Shown here in pieces: positions 7,889-16,533 of a DNA stretch of 20,000 nucleotides. Source of the DNA: an uncultured virus (IMG/VR IMGVR_UViG_3300046694_000251). Its lineage: Duplodnaviria > Heunggongvirae > Uroviricota > Caudoviricetes. The notes beneath the pieces are model-generated. The model saw only the letters and a program-made list of their open reading frames with translations. It had not been told where the DNA came from and did not search any database. The stretch lies in IMG/VR virus record IMGVR_UViG_3300046694_000251. The stretch is one strand, 5' to 3'. The position numbers were made by a program, and so were the translations under genes. Position 1 is the stretch's first letter, and the number at the start of each line of letters is the position of its first letter.

Positions 7889-8796
7889 CAGCCTGCCTCG
7901 ACACCCTCGACCTGGACTACAAAGTCCAGGGTGACGAGATCCATATGCCGTGCCCCATGCATGAGCAGCGCACCGGAAAGAAAGACGCACACCCATCCTT
8001 TTCCATAAACTACGACGAGGGGTATTTCAACTGCTTCTCCTGCGGATACCGAGGGGCCTTCTGGGTCCTCGTCCGCGACGTCCTCGACGTGGACGCGAGC
8101 GACGCCAAGAACTGGGTGCGGCGCCGGGGCGGAGCGGAGCGGGTACGGAAGTACCTGGAGAAGAAGAAGGAGCAGCGCCCCAGCCAGGTCGATACGACCA
8201 AGCAGATCAATGAGGCGTCGCTGGCGCTGTACACCACGCCACCTCTGAGTGCCTGCGCCGAGCGGTTCTTCCTGCCGGAGGACGCCGAGGCGTGCGGGGT
8301 GCTGTGGGACCCGGCCCGGGACATGTGGATCGTCCCGGTGCGCGACCCGGACACCGGGATGTTGTGGGGCTGGCAGGAGAAGAACGCCCGCTACTTCCGC
8401 AACCGGCCGTCGGGCATGGCCAAGTCCAAGACGCTCTTCGGCCTGCACACTTACGACGACGACGTGGCTGTGCTGGTCGAGTCGCCGCTGGACGTGGCCC
8501 GGCTGTGGACCTGCGGGATCAGGGGCGGTCTGGCTGCCTTCGGTGCCGGAGTCTCCGACGCGCAGATGAGCCTGATCCGCGACCACTTCGACACCGTCGT
8601 CATCGCCCTCGACAACGACGAGGCTGGTGTGGAGGCGTGCAGGCGGCTGCTGAAGGAGTGGACCGGCCGGGGCCTGACCCTCAAGTTCCTCGACTACTCC
8701 AAGGCCCCCAGAGCCAAGGACGTTGGCGAGATGACCGCCGACCAGATTAAGAACGCCGTGCGCGGCGCCTACTCATCCATCCTCGCCCGCTTCTAG
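7831..8796 (+). CDS. DNA primase (CHC2 zinc finger + TOPRIM)
   Basis: CPMH...FNCFSCG zinc-binding domain; TOPRIM motifs VLVESPLD and IALDNDEAG. GTG at 7831 follows GGAGAGGAG and is in frame with the tracked 7714 ORF. Confidence 0.9.
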   Translation: MPRAKAGWDAIGNPVPGNVTACLDTLDLDYKVQGDEIHMPCPMHEQRTGKKDAHPSFSINYDEGYFNCFSCGYRGAFWVLVRDVLDVDASDAKNWVRRRGGAERVRKYLEKKKEQRPSQVDTTKQINEASLALYTTPPLSACAERFFLPEDAEACGVLWDPARDMWIVPVRDPDTGMLWGWQEKNARYFRNRPSGMAKSKTLFGLHTYDDDVAVLVESPLDVARLWTCGIRGGLAAFGAGVSDAQMSLIRDHFDTVVIALDNDEAGVEACRRLLKEWTGRGLTLKFLDYSKAPRAKDVGEMTADQIKNAVRGAYSSILARF

Positions 8797-8805
8797 GAGA
8801 ACCCC

Positions 8806-8850
8806 ATGACCCGGCTTAATACCTGCCCCCGCAAGGGGGACCACCGATGA
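8806..8850 (+). CDS. Putative 14-aa mini-ORF (MTRLNTCPRKGDHR)
   Basis: AGGAGA RBS just before ATG 8806; its TGA overlaps the next ATG (ATGA); carries CTTAATACC in frame. Confidence 0.45.
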   Translation: MTRLNTCPRKGDHR

Positions 8851-9143
8851 AGGCACCCGAGGGCTACGAGCACCTGGGCGAGGACTTCTGGGCCCGCGTC
8901 GAGCCGGACCCGGACACCGACTGCCTCATCTTCCAGTCCACCGCGACGCGGCCGTACTACCAGGGCAAGACCCTGCTGTCCTTCCTGACCGGCGGGGACG
9001 GCCGCCAGAAGCACCGTGCGTGCAGGCGCCGGATGTGTGCCAACCCGGACCACATCCAGGACGGGCACTTCGACATGGGGACGCCGTACGCCCGGCGGCC
9101 CCGGTCGCGTTCTCAGTTCGCCCGTCAGTACTCGCAGTGCTGA
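8847..9143 (+). CDS. HNH endonuclease-like protein, possibly degenerate
   Basis: FWARVE...DCLIF...KHRACRRRMCANPDHI resembles the phage HNH pattern FWxKV...CWxW...HxCxxRxCxNPxHL. Confidence 0.55.
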   Translation: MKAPEGYEHLGEDFWARVEPDPDTDCLIFQSTATRPYYQGKTLLSFLTGGDGRQKHRACRRRMCANPDHIQDGHFDMGTPYARRPRSRSQFARQYSQC

Positions 9144-10777
9144 CGGTCGACCTCCACGGCTATCAGGAGTCGGCGGTCGATCGTGCTGTGGAGCGCGGCT
9201 CTCTCCTGATCGCGTACGAGATGGGCCTGGGCAAGACCGTCATCGCCCTGGCCGCCATTGAGGAGCTGCTGGAGAAGGGGGAGGTAGAGACCGCCGTCAT
9301 CGTGGTCCCAGCCAACCTGAAGTACCAGTGGGCCAAGTCCATCGCCCGCCTCACCGACGTTCCGACCCGCGTGGTCACGGTGCGCGAGGACGGGCTAAAG
9401 CAGGAGATCACCGTCCCCACGGAGGAGTACTGCGTCCTGATCGACGGCGACGCCAAGAAGCGCGCCGGGCTCTACGCCAAGGTCAAGACGCTCCGGCCGG
9501 ACTACGTGATCCTCGGCTACGAGAACGTCGTCAACGACTGGAACTACGTCAGGAGGATCAAGCCGGAGTGCATCGTCCTGGACGAGTGCACGGCCATCAA
9601 GACCTTCCGGGCCCAGCGCACGCGGAAGATCAAGAGGCTCACGGCGCCGTTCCGCTTCGGCATGACCGGCACCCCGGTCGAGAACGGGAAGCCCGAGGAA
9701 CTGTTCTCGATCATGCAGTGGGTCGACGACCAGGTCCTGGGCCGGTTCGACCTGTTCGACAAGACGTACATCGTGCGCAACCGCTTCGGCGGGGTGCAGA
9801 ACTACAGGAACCTGCCGGTGCTGCACGCCAAGCTGGCCGACGTCATGGTCCGCAAGACGCGGCTGGACGAAGACGTCCGGCCGTACCTGCCCGAGGTGCA
9901 GGAGTCCGTCATCCCGGTCGTCCTGGACGCGAAGACGAAGAAGGCGTACCGGGCCATCGCGGCCGACCTGCTCGCCGAGCTGCGGGCAGCCGGGCCGACG
10001 ATGGGTGACTTCGATCTGTTCGCGCACTACCACGGGGGAGAGGCGGCCAACGAGAACAGCCAGCAGGGCAAGATCATGAGCCGCATGCAGGCGCTCGACA
10101 TGCTGCTGAACCACCCGGACCTGATCGTCATGTCCGGGCAGAGTTACGAGGAGAGCCAGGAGGCACGCTCGCGCGGCGCCGAGAAGAAGGTGTGGCCGGG
10201 CTCGAAGTACGCCTACGAGGTGTGGCAGTCCGGCCTGCTCGATGACGTCACCACGGCCCCGAAACTGGACGCCGTGGCGGCAGCGGTCGAGGACATCATG
10301 GCGGTGCCCGGCAACAAGATCATCGTGTTCAGCGTCAACCCCGACATGCTGGACCTGCTCGGTGACCGGCTGCCGGAGGGCTCGTTCGTCACCTACACCG
10401 GCCGGATGTCCTCGGCAGCCAAGGCCTATGCCGCCCAGCGGTTCGAGACCGACGGACAGTGTCAGGTGTTCCTGTCCTCCCACGCGGGGGCGTTCGGCAC
10501 CGACCTGTACATGGCCAATTACTTGATCAACTACGACCTCGCCTGGTCGGCCGGGAAGCAGGACCAGATCAACGCCCGGCACAACCGCGCGAGCAGCCAG
10601 TTCAAGGACATCTACATCCTGAACGCCGTCACCCAGGGCACCACCGAGCCGCGCAAGCTAGCGATGCTGGCGCACAAGCGGAGGGTGGGCAGCGCCATCA
10701 CAGACGGGCGCGGGGCCGACGAGAAGGGTCGGATCGAGAACGACGTCCAGACCCTGACGCAGTGCCTGGAGGCGTAA
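9137..10777 (+). CDS. SNF2-family (SF2) helicase/ATPase
   Basis: YEMGLGKT (motif I), IVLDECTAIK (II), GMTGTPVEN (III), and C-terminal FLSSHAGAFGTDL, NYDLAWS and QINARHNR. GTG 9137 overlaps the upstream stop and is in frame with the tracked 9020 ORF. Confidence 0.88.
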   Translation: MLTVDLHGYQESAVDRAVERGSLLIAYEMGLGKTVIALAAIEELLEKGEVETAVIVVPANLKYQWAKSIARLTDVPTRVVTVREDGLKQEITVPTEEYCVLIDGDAKKRAGLYAKVKTLRPDYVILGYENVVNDWNYVRRIKPECIVLDECTAIKTFRAQRTRKIKRLTAPFRFGMTGTPVENGKPEELFSIMQWVDDQVLGRFDLFDKTYIVRNRFGGVQNYRNLPVLHAKLADVMVRKTRLDEDVRPYLPEVQESVIPVVLDAKTKKAYRAIAADLLAELRAAGPTMGDFDLFAHYHGGEAANENSQQGKIMSRMQALDMLLNHPDLIVMSGQSYEESQEARSRGAEKKVWPGSKYAYEVWQSGLLDDVTTAPKLDAVAAAVEDIMAVPGNKIIVFSVNPDMLDLLGDRLPEGSFVTYTGRMSSAAKAYAAQRFETDGQCQVFLSSHAGAFGTDLYMANYLINYDLAWSAGKQDQINARHNRASSQFKDIYILNAVTQGTTEPRKLAMLAHKRRVGSAITDGRGADEKGRIENDVQTLTQCLEA

Positions 10778-10842
10778 CTTCCAGGATCGCACGACGGACG
10801 TCGAGTGGTTCTAAAGCCGTAATCGCATGGCACCATCAAGGC

Positions 10843-10977
10843 ATGCGAGAAGAACCACTCGACGTCCTGCTCCGTGAGGGGATTGGGGACGTCATAAGCC
10901 CACCCGAGGAGCGGGAGGACTGGGATCTGACCCCCGTCCGCCTGGCGCTCCGAGGTGCCCCAGCCGACCGCTGGTGA
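10843..10977 (+). CDS. Possible small hypothetical protein (44 aa)
   Basis: ATG 10843 to TGA 10977 fills an intergenic gap downstream of an AAAGCCGTAAT motif; only a weak RBS. Confidence 0.3.
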   Translation: MREEPLDVLLREGIGDVISPPEEREDWDLTPVRLALRGAPADRW

Positions 10978-11004
10978 CCTTGTAAAGCAGTTCGGCGGAA
11001 TCTG

Positions 11005-11033
11005 TTGACATCCGCATATGCCAAACGTAGAGT
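11005..11033 (+). promoter_or_regulatory. Strong sigma70/HrdB-type promoter
   Basis: TTGACA (11005-11010) - 17 nt - TAGAGT (11028-11033). Confidence 0.8.
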
Positions 11034-11088
11034 CGTCCTCACGAAGCGTTAATCGAACGAAGGATCGAACAGCTCGCAGGAGGACATC

Positions 11089-11436
11089 GTGACCACCATC
11101 GCGGAAGCGCTCGGCATCACCTGGGGGAGCAACAGAGCCACCGACTCCCCGGAGTACCGGCTGACCTACCACGCGCAGAAGCAGGCCGCCCTGAAGGGCT
11201 GGAGCAGCGCGCAGGTCCTGGAGGCCGCCGACCGGCCGCAGCACACCTCCCCGTCCAGCCGGTTCCCCGGCCAGTGGCGCCACGTCCGAGGCGACATCGT
11301 CGCCGTCGTCGACCCGGCCGACCACCGCGTCATCACCGTCTACCAGGACGTCGCCGAGACCACTCTCCGCACCGACCAGACCGACGCCGACGCGCAGCGC
11401 TACGCCAAGGGCCACTCCGGTCTCGGCTGCAAGTAA
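11089..11436 (+). CDS. DUF4258-like (RelE/BrnT-fold) putative ribonuclease
   Basis: YRLTYHAQKQ..KGWS..QVLEAADRP...GDIVAVVD....VITVY matches the DUF4258 pattern; AGGAGG RBS; has its own promoter. Confidence 0.6.
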   Translation: MTTIAEALGITWGSNRATDSPEYRLTYHAQKQAALKGWSSAQVLEAADRPQHTSPSSRFPGQWRHVRGDIVAVVDPADHRVITVYQDVAETTLRTDQTDADAQRYAKGHSGLGCK

Positions 11437-11462
11437 CGGCTTCAAGAAGACGTAATCCAATA

Positions 11463-11491
11463 TGGACAATCTCGAAGACGTAATGTAGAGT
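11463..11491 (+). promoter_or_regulatory. Sigma70/HrdB-type promoter with GAAGACGTAAT sites
   Basis: TGGACA (11463-11468) - 17 nt - TAGAGT (11486-11491); shares GTAGAGTCG with the 11005 promoter; motif copies at 11446-11456 and 11474-11484. Confidence 0.7.
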
Positions 11492-11540
11492 CGGACCTGC
11501 TCAACCGACCTACTACTCCGTAGAAAGAGAGCCCCGCTCT

Positions 11541-12017
11541 ATGGCTACCGTGCAGAGACGAGCAACCCAGCGCATCGAGCGCCCTATCTCCCTCACCCAG
11601 TCCGCGCCCTGGGAGAAGACCCGCCAGTTCCTGGCCCTGAAGTTCCAGGAGACCGAGATCGTCACCCGCAAGAACAAGTTGCGCGACGAGGTCAGCGTCC
11701 ACGTGGACGCCAACGGCGACATCGACGAGAAGGGCAGCAAGTTCTGGAAGTTGGACCCTCCCATCGAGGTCAACGGCCAGAAGTTCACCGAGGTCAAGCG
11801 CGAGCGCCGCGTCAGCGTGAGCCTGGACGCCGAGAAGGCCGAGGAACTGGCCGTCGCCAAGGGCATCCGCGACCGGGTCTTCAAGGAAGTCACCACCGAG
11901 GTCCTGGACCAGGACGAGTTGTACGTCCTCAACCAGGAAGGCGTCCTCAGCGACGAGGAACTGGACGGCCTGTTCGTCGAGACCGAGTCCTTCGCGTTCA
12001 AGCCCATCCGTGGCTGA
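11541..12017 (+). CDS. Hypothetical phage protein (158 aa)
   Basis: Clean high-GC3 ORF, first gene after the promoter; charged and helical in character. Confidence 0.75.
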   Translation: MATVQRRATQRIERPISLTQSAPWEKTRQFLALKFQETEIVTRKNKLRDEVSVHVDANGDIDEKGSKFWKLDPPIEVNGQKFTEVKRERRVSVSLDAEKAEELAVAKGIRDRVFKEVTTEVLDQDELYVLNQEGVLSDEELDGLFVETESFAFKPIRG

Positions 12018-12032
12018 TAGGAGCACCACCAC

Positions 12033-12503
12033 ATGAACACCATCGCCGACACCATCGACAAGGCATTCGCCGAGATCGGTGAGCAGTTCTACCCCGGATC
12101 GACGCGCCCCCTGGTACGTCACCGCAACCGGCTTAATACCGAGGCCGCCCCGTCGGCGGCCGATCCCGGAGCATGGGATGCCAAGCCCCGTAAGTACGTC
12201 GTGGCCGGAGTCGAGACGGAGTTCTTCACCGTCGGCGACCTCGCCAAGGCGCTGGGACGGCAGCCCGTGACGATCCGGAAGTGGGAGCGGGAAGGGGTCA
12301 TCCCCAAGTCCACCTACCAGTCGCCGGGCAAGGACGGAGATGTACGCGGCCGACGCCGTCTGTACACCCGCCAGCAGGTCGAGGGCATGGTGCGCATCGC
12401 CTACGAGGAAGGCGTCCTCGTCTCCCACCAGAAGCCGATCAAGGGCACCCGCTTCACCGAGCGCATCGTCGACCTCTTCAAGGTCCTGGCGGGCGACGAG
12501 TGA
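12033..12503 (+). CDS. MerR-like helix-turn-helix DNA-binding protein
   Basis: FTVGDLAKALGRQPVTIRKWEREGVIP...GRRRLYTRQQV is a MerR-type wHTH signature; AGGAG RBS. Confidence 0.8.
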   Translation: MNTIADTIDKAFAEIGEQFYPGSTRPLVRHRNRLNTEAAPSAADPGAWDAKPRKYVVAGVETEFFTVGDLAKALGRQPVTIRKWEREGVIPKSTYQSPGKDGDVRGRRRLYTRQQVEGMVRIAYEEGVLVSHQKPIKGTRFTERIVDLFKVLAGDE

Positions 12504-12736
12504 GGATCGTCAAGAGCCAGAAGCACCACGTGTCCATGGGGAACTTCGAGTGGGTGGAGTTCGGCTACGAGGTCGACATCTCCACCGACGACTTCCCCAA
12601 GGCACGCACCCTCGACGACCTGGACAAGGTCGCCACCGACCAGATCACCAAGGCCCTCGCGGCCGACATCGAGGAAGCCCGGCTGAACACGGGCGAAGCA
12701 TCCTCGTACGTCCATCTCTACCAGCAGGAGAACTGA
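12500..12736 (+). CDS. Hypothetical protein (78 aa)
   Basis: GTG 12500 overlaps the upstream stop (GTGA); in frame with the tracked 12281 ORF; abuts the next ATG. Confidence 0.65.
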   Translation: MRIVKSQKHHVSMGNFEWVEFGYEVDISTDDFPKARTLDDLDKVATDQITKALAADIEEARLNTGEASSYVHLYQQEN

Positions 12737-13549
12737 ATGCCCCGCACCCTTACCCGCCGCCGCACCGCCCGCGACACCGAGGCGTACTCCCCGGCCGACG
12801 AGCCGGAGGACGAGAAGGGCTACGCGGAGGAAGAGGACGAGGCTCCGGCCCGTGGCTCCCGCCGTGGCTCGCGCCGGTCGCTTAATACCGAGGAGGCCGA
12901 CACCTCCCGACGCTCGCGCCGTGCCTCGCGTGACGAGGACGACGACGAGGACGACGAGCCCGCGCCGAAGGTCGGCGGCCGTGGCTGGGGCTCGTACGAG
13001 AAGACCAAGCAGGCGTCCTCCGGCTTCCCGGACAACTTCAAGGCGGGCAGCGAGTCCGTGATCGTGAAGATCCTGGACGAGGAACCGTTCCTGGTCTTCC
13101 TCCAGCACTGGATCGAGCGCTCGGGCAAGAAGTCCTTCACCTGCCTGGAGAGCAAGTGCCCGCTGTGCGACGACGCGGGTGACAAGCCCAGCCAGCAGAT
13201 CTCCTTCAACGTCATCGACTTCACCGACCCCGAGGACCCGCAGGTCAAGGTCTGGCAGGTCGGCCCGATGGTCGCGGACATCCTGAAGAACTACTCCAAG
13301 GACAAGAAGACCGCCCCGATCAACCGGGACGACCTCTACTTCTCCGTCCGCAAGGAGACCAAGAACAAGAAGACCAACTACTACATCACGCCGGTCAAGG
13401 AACGTGACCTCCTCGACGACTGGGACATCGAGCCTCTGACCGAGGAGGACCTGGAGACGTTCGACGCCAAGGCGTACGACGCGGACATCCTCCAGGTCAC
13501 CCGTCGCAGCGAACTCAAGACCATCGTCCGGGAAATCCTGAACGACTGA
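12737..13549 (+). CDS. Putative single-stranded DNA-binding protein (gp32-like) with charged N-terminal extension
   Basis: QHW...FTCLESKCPLC zinc-like motif, FNVID, VKVWQVG and TNYYITP; located directly before the DNA polymerase. Confidence 0.55.
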   Translation: MPRTLTRRRTARDTEAYSPADEPEDEKGYAEEEDEAPARGSRRGSRRSLNTEEADTSRRSRRASRDEDDDEDDEPAPKVGGRGWGSYEKTKQASSGFPDNFKAGSESVIVKILDEEPFLVFLQHWIERSGKKSFTCLESKCPLCDDAGDKPSQQISFNVIDFTDPEDPQVKVWQVGPMVADILKNYSKDKKTAPINRDDLYFSVRKETKNKKTNYYITPVKERDLLDDWDIEPLTEEDLETFDAKAYDADILQVTRRSELKTIVREILND

Positions 13550-13561
13550 CCTGCCTCCCAC

Positions 13562-13602
13562 GGGGAGGTTCCAGCACCGCGCTGGGGCCTCCCCTCAGCT
13601 TT
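13562..13602 (+). terminator. Stem-loop upstream of the DNA polymerase gene (terminator/attenuator candidate)
   Basis: GGGGAGGTTCCAGC (13562-13575) pairs with GCTGGGGCCTCCCC (13581-13594) using two G-U pairs; weak T tract. Confidence 0.5.
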
Positions 13603-13628
13603 CCCATCCACCACCACCGGAGCCCGCC

Positions 13629-15608
13629 GTGCAGATCCGCAACTCCGTCATCCTCACCCCCGACCGGCTTAATACCGTGGTCGAGCGCTTCATGGAGCGC
13701 CCGGCCTTCACCTTCGACATCGAGACGTTCGGCGCCTTCCGGAACGTCCCGACGCAGAACGTCGCCAACTGGATCTCCCTGGCCGCCGACGGCATGGCCT
13801 ACGCCATCCCCTTCGGCCACCCCAACGGCGACGTCCTGGTGAGCAAGGCCACCCGCAAGAAGAACCGGCTGACAGGCAAGTTCGACGCCATCCCGGCCGT
13901 CTACGACGCCCCGCCGGAGCAGATGCTCCCGTCCGAAGTGTTCAGCATCCTCAAGCCGCTGTTCTTCGCCGAAGACAAGATCAAGATCGCGCACAACGCC
14001 ACATTCGACCTGATCTCCACGGCGAAGTACTGGGGCGAGATCGCACCGCCGGAGTACTCCGACACGATCGTCCTTCAGTGGTTGTGCGACGAGAACATGA
14101 AGCAGAAGGGCCTCAAGGAACTCGTCAAGCGCTACTACAAGGTCGACTACGACACCGAGAACGTCGGCAAGCAGGTCGAGGCCCACCCGTTCTCCAAGGT
14201 CGCGCACTACGCCTACATGGACGCCAAGTACACCTGGCTGCTGTGGAAGCGGTTCCAGCGGCAGATCCAGGAGCAGGGCCTGACTCACGTCCGGCGGCTG
14301 GAGGAGGACGTCCTGGGGGTGCTGCTCGACATGGGCATCACCGGGGCGCCGGTCGACGAGGCCGCGATGCGCGAGCTGGTCACGGACATGTCCGCCCGGC
14401 TGGTCGACATCGAGGCGGACATCTACCGGGCCGCAGGCAAGCAGTTCAACCTCAACGCCCCGGCGCAGAAGGCCGAGGTGCTGTACGCCCCCAAGAGCGA
14501 GGGCGGCCAGGGCCTCAAGCCGATGAAGCCCACCGACGGTGGGAAGAAGAAGCGGGACACGGGCCAGGCGCTGGAGTGGAAGGACTTCAGCACCGACTCC
14601 GACAGCCTGGAGAAGCACGAGAACAACGCGGTCGTCAAGAAGCTGCTGGAGTACGCGGAAGTCAGCAAGCTGCTCGACTACCCCATCGCGTACCTCGGTG
14701 TGGAGGGCGACCCGAAGAAGCCGTGCCGGATCTTCGACGGCCGGATCCACGCCGACTTCGTCCAGTACGGAACGGTGACCGGCCGGTTCTCCTGCCGCGA
14801 ACCCAACCTCCAGAACATCCCCCGACCCGACACCGACCTCGGTAAGCGGATCCGTGGCCTGTTCGTCGCGCCGCCCGGCTACAAGCTGGTCGTCGCGGAC
14901 TACGGGCAGATCGAACTCGTCGTGCTCGCGCACTTCATCGGTCGTGGTGACCTCTACAAGGGGTTCCACAACGGAGTCGACCCGCACTCGGCGACGGCCG
15001 CCGCGCTCATGGGCGTGGACCCGCAGGAGTTCATGCGGCGGGTCAAGGAAGGCGACCGCACCTGTATCGACTTCCGCCAGGTCGCCAAGGGCATCAACTT
15101 CGCCGTCGTGTACGGCGCGGGCCCGGACAAGGTCGCCTCGATGGCAGGCATCACCGTGAAGGAAGCCAAGCGCTTCATGGAGATGCACCAGAAGATGTTC
15201 CCGGAGGTCTACCGCTTCAAGGAGGAAGTGGTACGGGTCTGCCGGTCGCGTCGGCCTCCGCACATCCGCACCCTGCTCGGCCGCAAGCGGCGCCTGCCGC
15301 TCATCCTCAGCCAGAACAACGGCCTGCGGATGGGTGCCGAGCGCCAGGCGGTGAACTCCCTGATCCAGGGGAGCGCGGCCGACCTGATCAAGTTGGCGAT
15401 GATCCGGCTGAACAACGCCCTGCCGGACGATATGCGCCTGATCCTCTCCGTGCACGACGAACTCGTGACGCTCGCGCCGGAGGACCGGGCCGAGGAATGC
15501 GCCGCACTGGTGAAGGAAGCCATGCTCGGCGAAGGAATCCAGAAACTGCTAAAGGTTCCGCTCTCTTCGGACGTGAAGATCGTGGACCGCTGGTCGGAGG
15601 CAAAGTAA
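13629..15608 (+). CDS. polA: Family A DNA polymerase with 3'-5' exonuclease (no 5'-3' exonuclease domain)
   Basis: Exo I FDIET, Exo II AHNATFD, Exo III YAYMDA; TGRFSCREPNLQNIP; motif A ADYGQIELVVLAH, motif B RQVAKGINFAVVYG, motif C SVHDEL. Confidence 0.96.
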   Translation: MQIRNSVILTPDRLNTVVERFMERPAFTFDIETFGAFRNVPTQNVANWISLAADGMAYAIPFGHPNGDVLVSKATRKKNRLTGKFDAIPAVYDAPPEQMLPSEVFSILKPLFFAEDKIKIAHNATFDLISTAKYWGEIAPPEYSDTIVLQWLCDENMKQKGLKELVKRYYKVDYDTENVGKQVEAHPFSKVAHYAYMDAKYTWLLWKRFQRQIQEQGLTHVRRLEEDVLGVLLDMGITGAPVDEAAMRELVTDMSARLVDIEADIYRAAGKQFNLNAPAQKAEVLYAPKSEGGQGLKPMKPTDGGKKKRDTGQALEWKDFSTDSDSLEKHENNAVVKKLLEYAEVSKLLDYPIAYLGVEGDPKKPCRIFDGRIHADFVQYGTVTGRFSCREPNLQNIPRPDTDLGKRIRGLFVAPPGYKLVVADYGQIELVVLAHFIGRGDLYKGFHNGVDPHSATAAALMGVDPQEFMRRVKEGDRTCIDFRQVAKGINFAVVYGAGPDKVASMAGITVKEAKRFMEMHQKMFPEVYRFKEEVVRVCRSRRPPHIRTLLGRKRRLPLILSQNNGLRMGAERQAVNSLIQGSAADLIKLAMIRLNNALPDDMRLILSVHDELVTLAPEDRAEECAALVKEAMLGEGIQKLLKVPLSSDVKIVDRWSEAK

Positions 15609-16075
15609 TGGGACTCTTCAGTTGGAAGAAGGACGACGAAGTGCCCGACGGGCTTAATACCGAGGAGGAAGACCTCCAGGTCGACCTCTACACCCCGCAA
15701 ATGCTGACCAAGCGGCTGCTCTGGGACATCGTCCCGTGCAGCCAGGTCGAGGCACTGATCCCGCTCATGAACCTCACCCCGGACAGCCAGGACGTCTCCG
15801 AAATGGAGCACCAGGCCAGTCACGACCGAATCGACCAACTCACACCGCTGAGGGAAATGCTAGCGCTGCTCATCCCGCTAGTTTCTGGCATTACTGCCTC
15901 GGCTATGCTGGTTAACTCTGGCAATTCCATGGACGAGGAAACCGCAGCAGTTCTCCAGCGGCATCATTCCGTAGTCGTCCGCGCCGGAGTAGTGGCGGTC
16001 CTCGCCAATCTCCTCGATATGGGAATCATCAGTTACGCGGATGGAGTGCAGTTCGGTGACCAACTTCTGGGCTAA
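15608..16075 (+). CDS. Hypothetical protein
   Basis: ATG 15608 overlaps the polymerase TAA (TAATG); in frame with the tracked 15497 ORF. Confidence 0.7.
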   Translation: MGLFSWKKDDEVPDGLNTEEEDLQVDLYTPQMLTKRLLWDIVPCSQVEALIPLMNLTPDSQDVSEMEHQASHDRIDQLTPLREMLALLIPLVSGITASAMLVNSGNSMDEETAAVLQRHHSVVVRAGVVAVLANLLDMGIISYADGVQFGDQLLG

Positions 16076-16502
16076 CAAACTGGGGGCGGCCCGACCGGCC
16101 GCCCCGGCCCCGGCCCCGGCGCCGGTCCAGCAGCAGCAGGTCGGCGGCCCGTGGTGGGCCACCCCGCAACAGCAGCCCTACCCCCCGCAGCAGGTAGTCC
16201 AGCAGACAGTGCCAGAACCACAGCAGAAGGCTCCGGCCCGCGCGATGGTGGCCAAGCAGGACACCCACTGCCCGGAGTGCCAAGGCACGAACTACTTCCG
16301 CCCCGTGGGAATGATGAACGCGATGGCTCAGTGCTACGAGTGCGGCTACAACCCGCGCTTCCAGCAGAGCACCGCCGGACTGCCGTCCGGCAGCGGAGGA
16401 GACGGTCCCGCCACCCCAGCCAAGCAGATCGCGTCCGGCGGTCTGGGAGGCCGGAGCAACTACAACCCGGGCGCCATCATCAGGGCCGACGGCTCGGTCT
16501 AG
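16056..16502 (+). CDS. Pro/Gln-rich protein with a zinc ribbon (CPEC...CYEC)
   Basis: GTG 16056 after GGAG (16043-16046); two CxxC pairs. Confidence 0.7.
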   Translation: MTNFWANKLGAARPAAPAPAPAPVQQQQVGGPWWATPQQQPYPPQQVVQQTVPEPQQKAPARAMVAKQDTHCPECQGTNYFRPVGMMNAMAQCYECGYNPRFQQSTAGLPSGSGGDGPATPAKQIASGGLGGRSNYNPGAIIRADGSV

Positions 16503-16533
16503 CGCCCACTCCTCCCTGACGCATCACTACTGA

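Noticed and set aside
8745..8751. GATTAAG (CTTAATC on the minus strand)
   Set aside because: Mismatches the invariant CTTAATA core and lacks the YC extension; not counted.
12683..12691. Leu-Asn-Thr encoded as CTG AAC ACG
   Set aside because: Not a CTTAATAYC site. It serves as a control showing the same peptide can use ordinary codons, so the motif is not simply peptide-driven.
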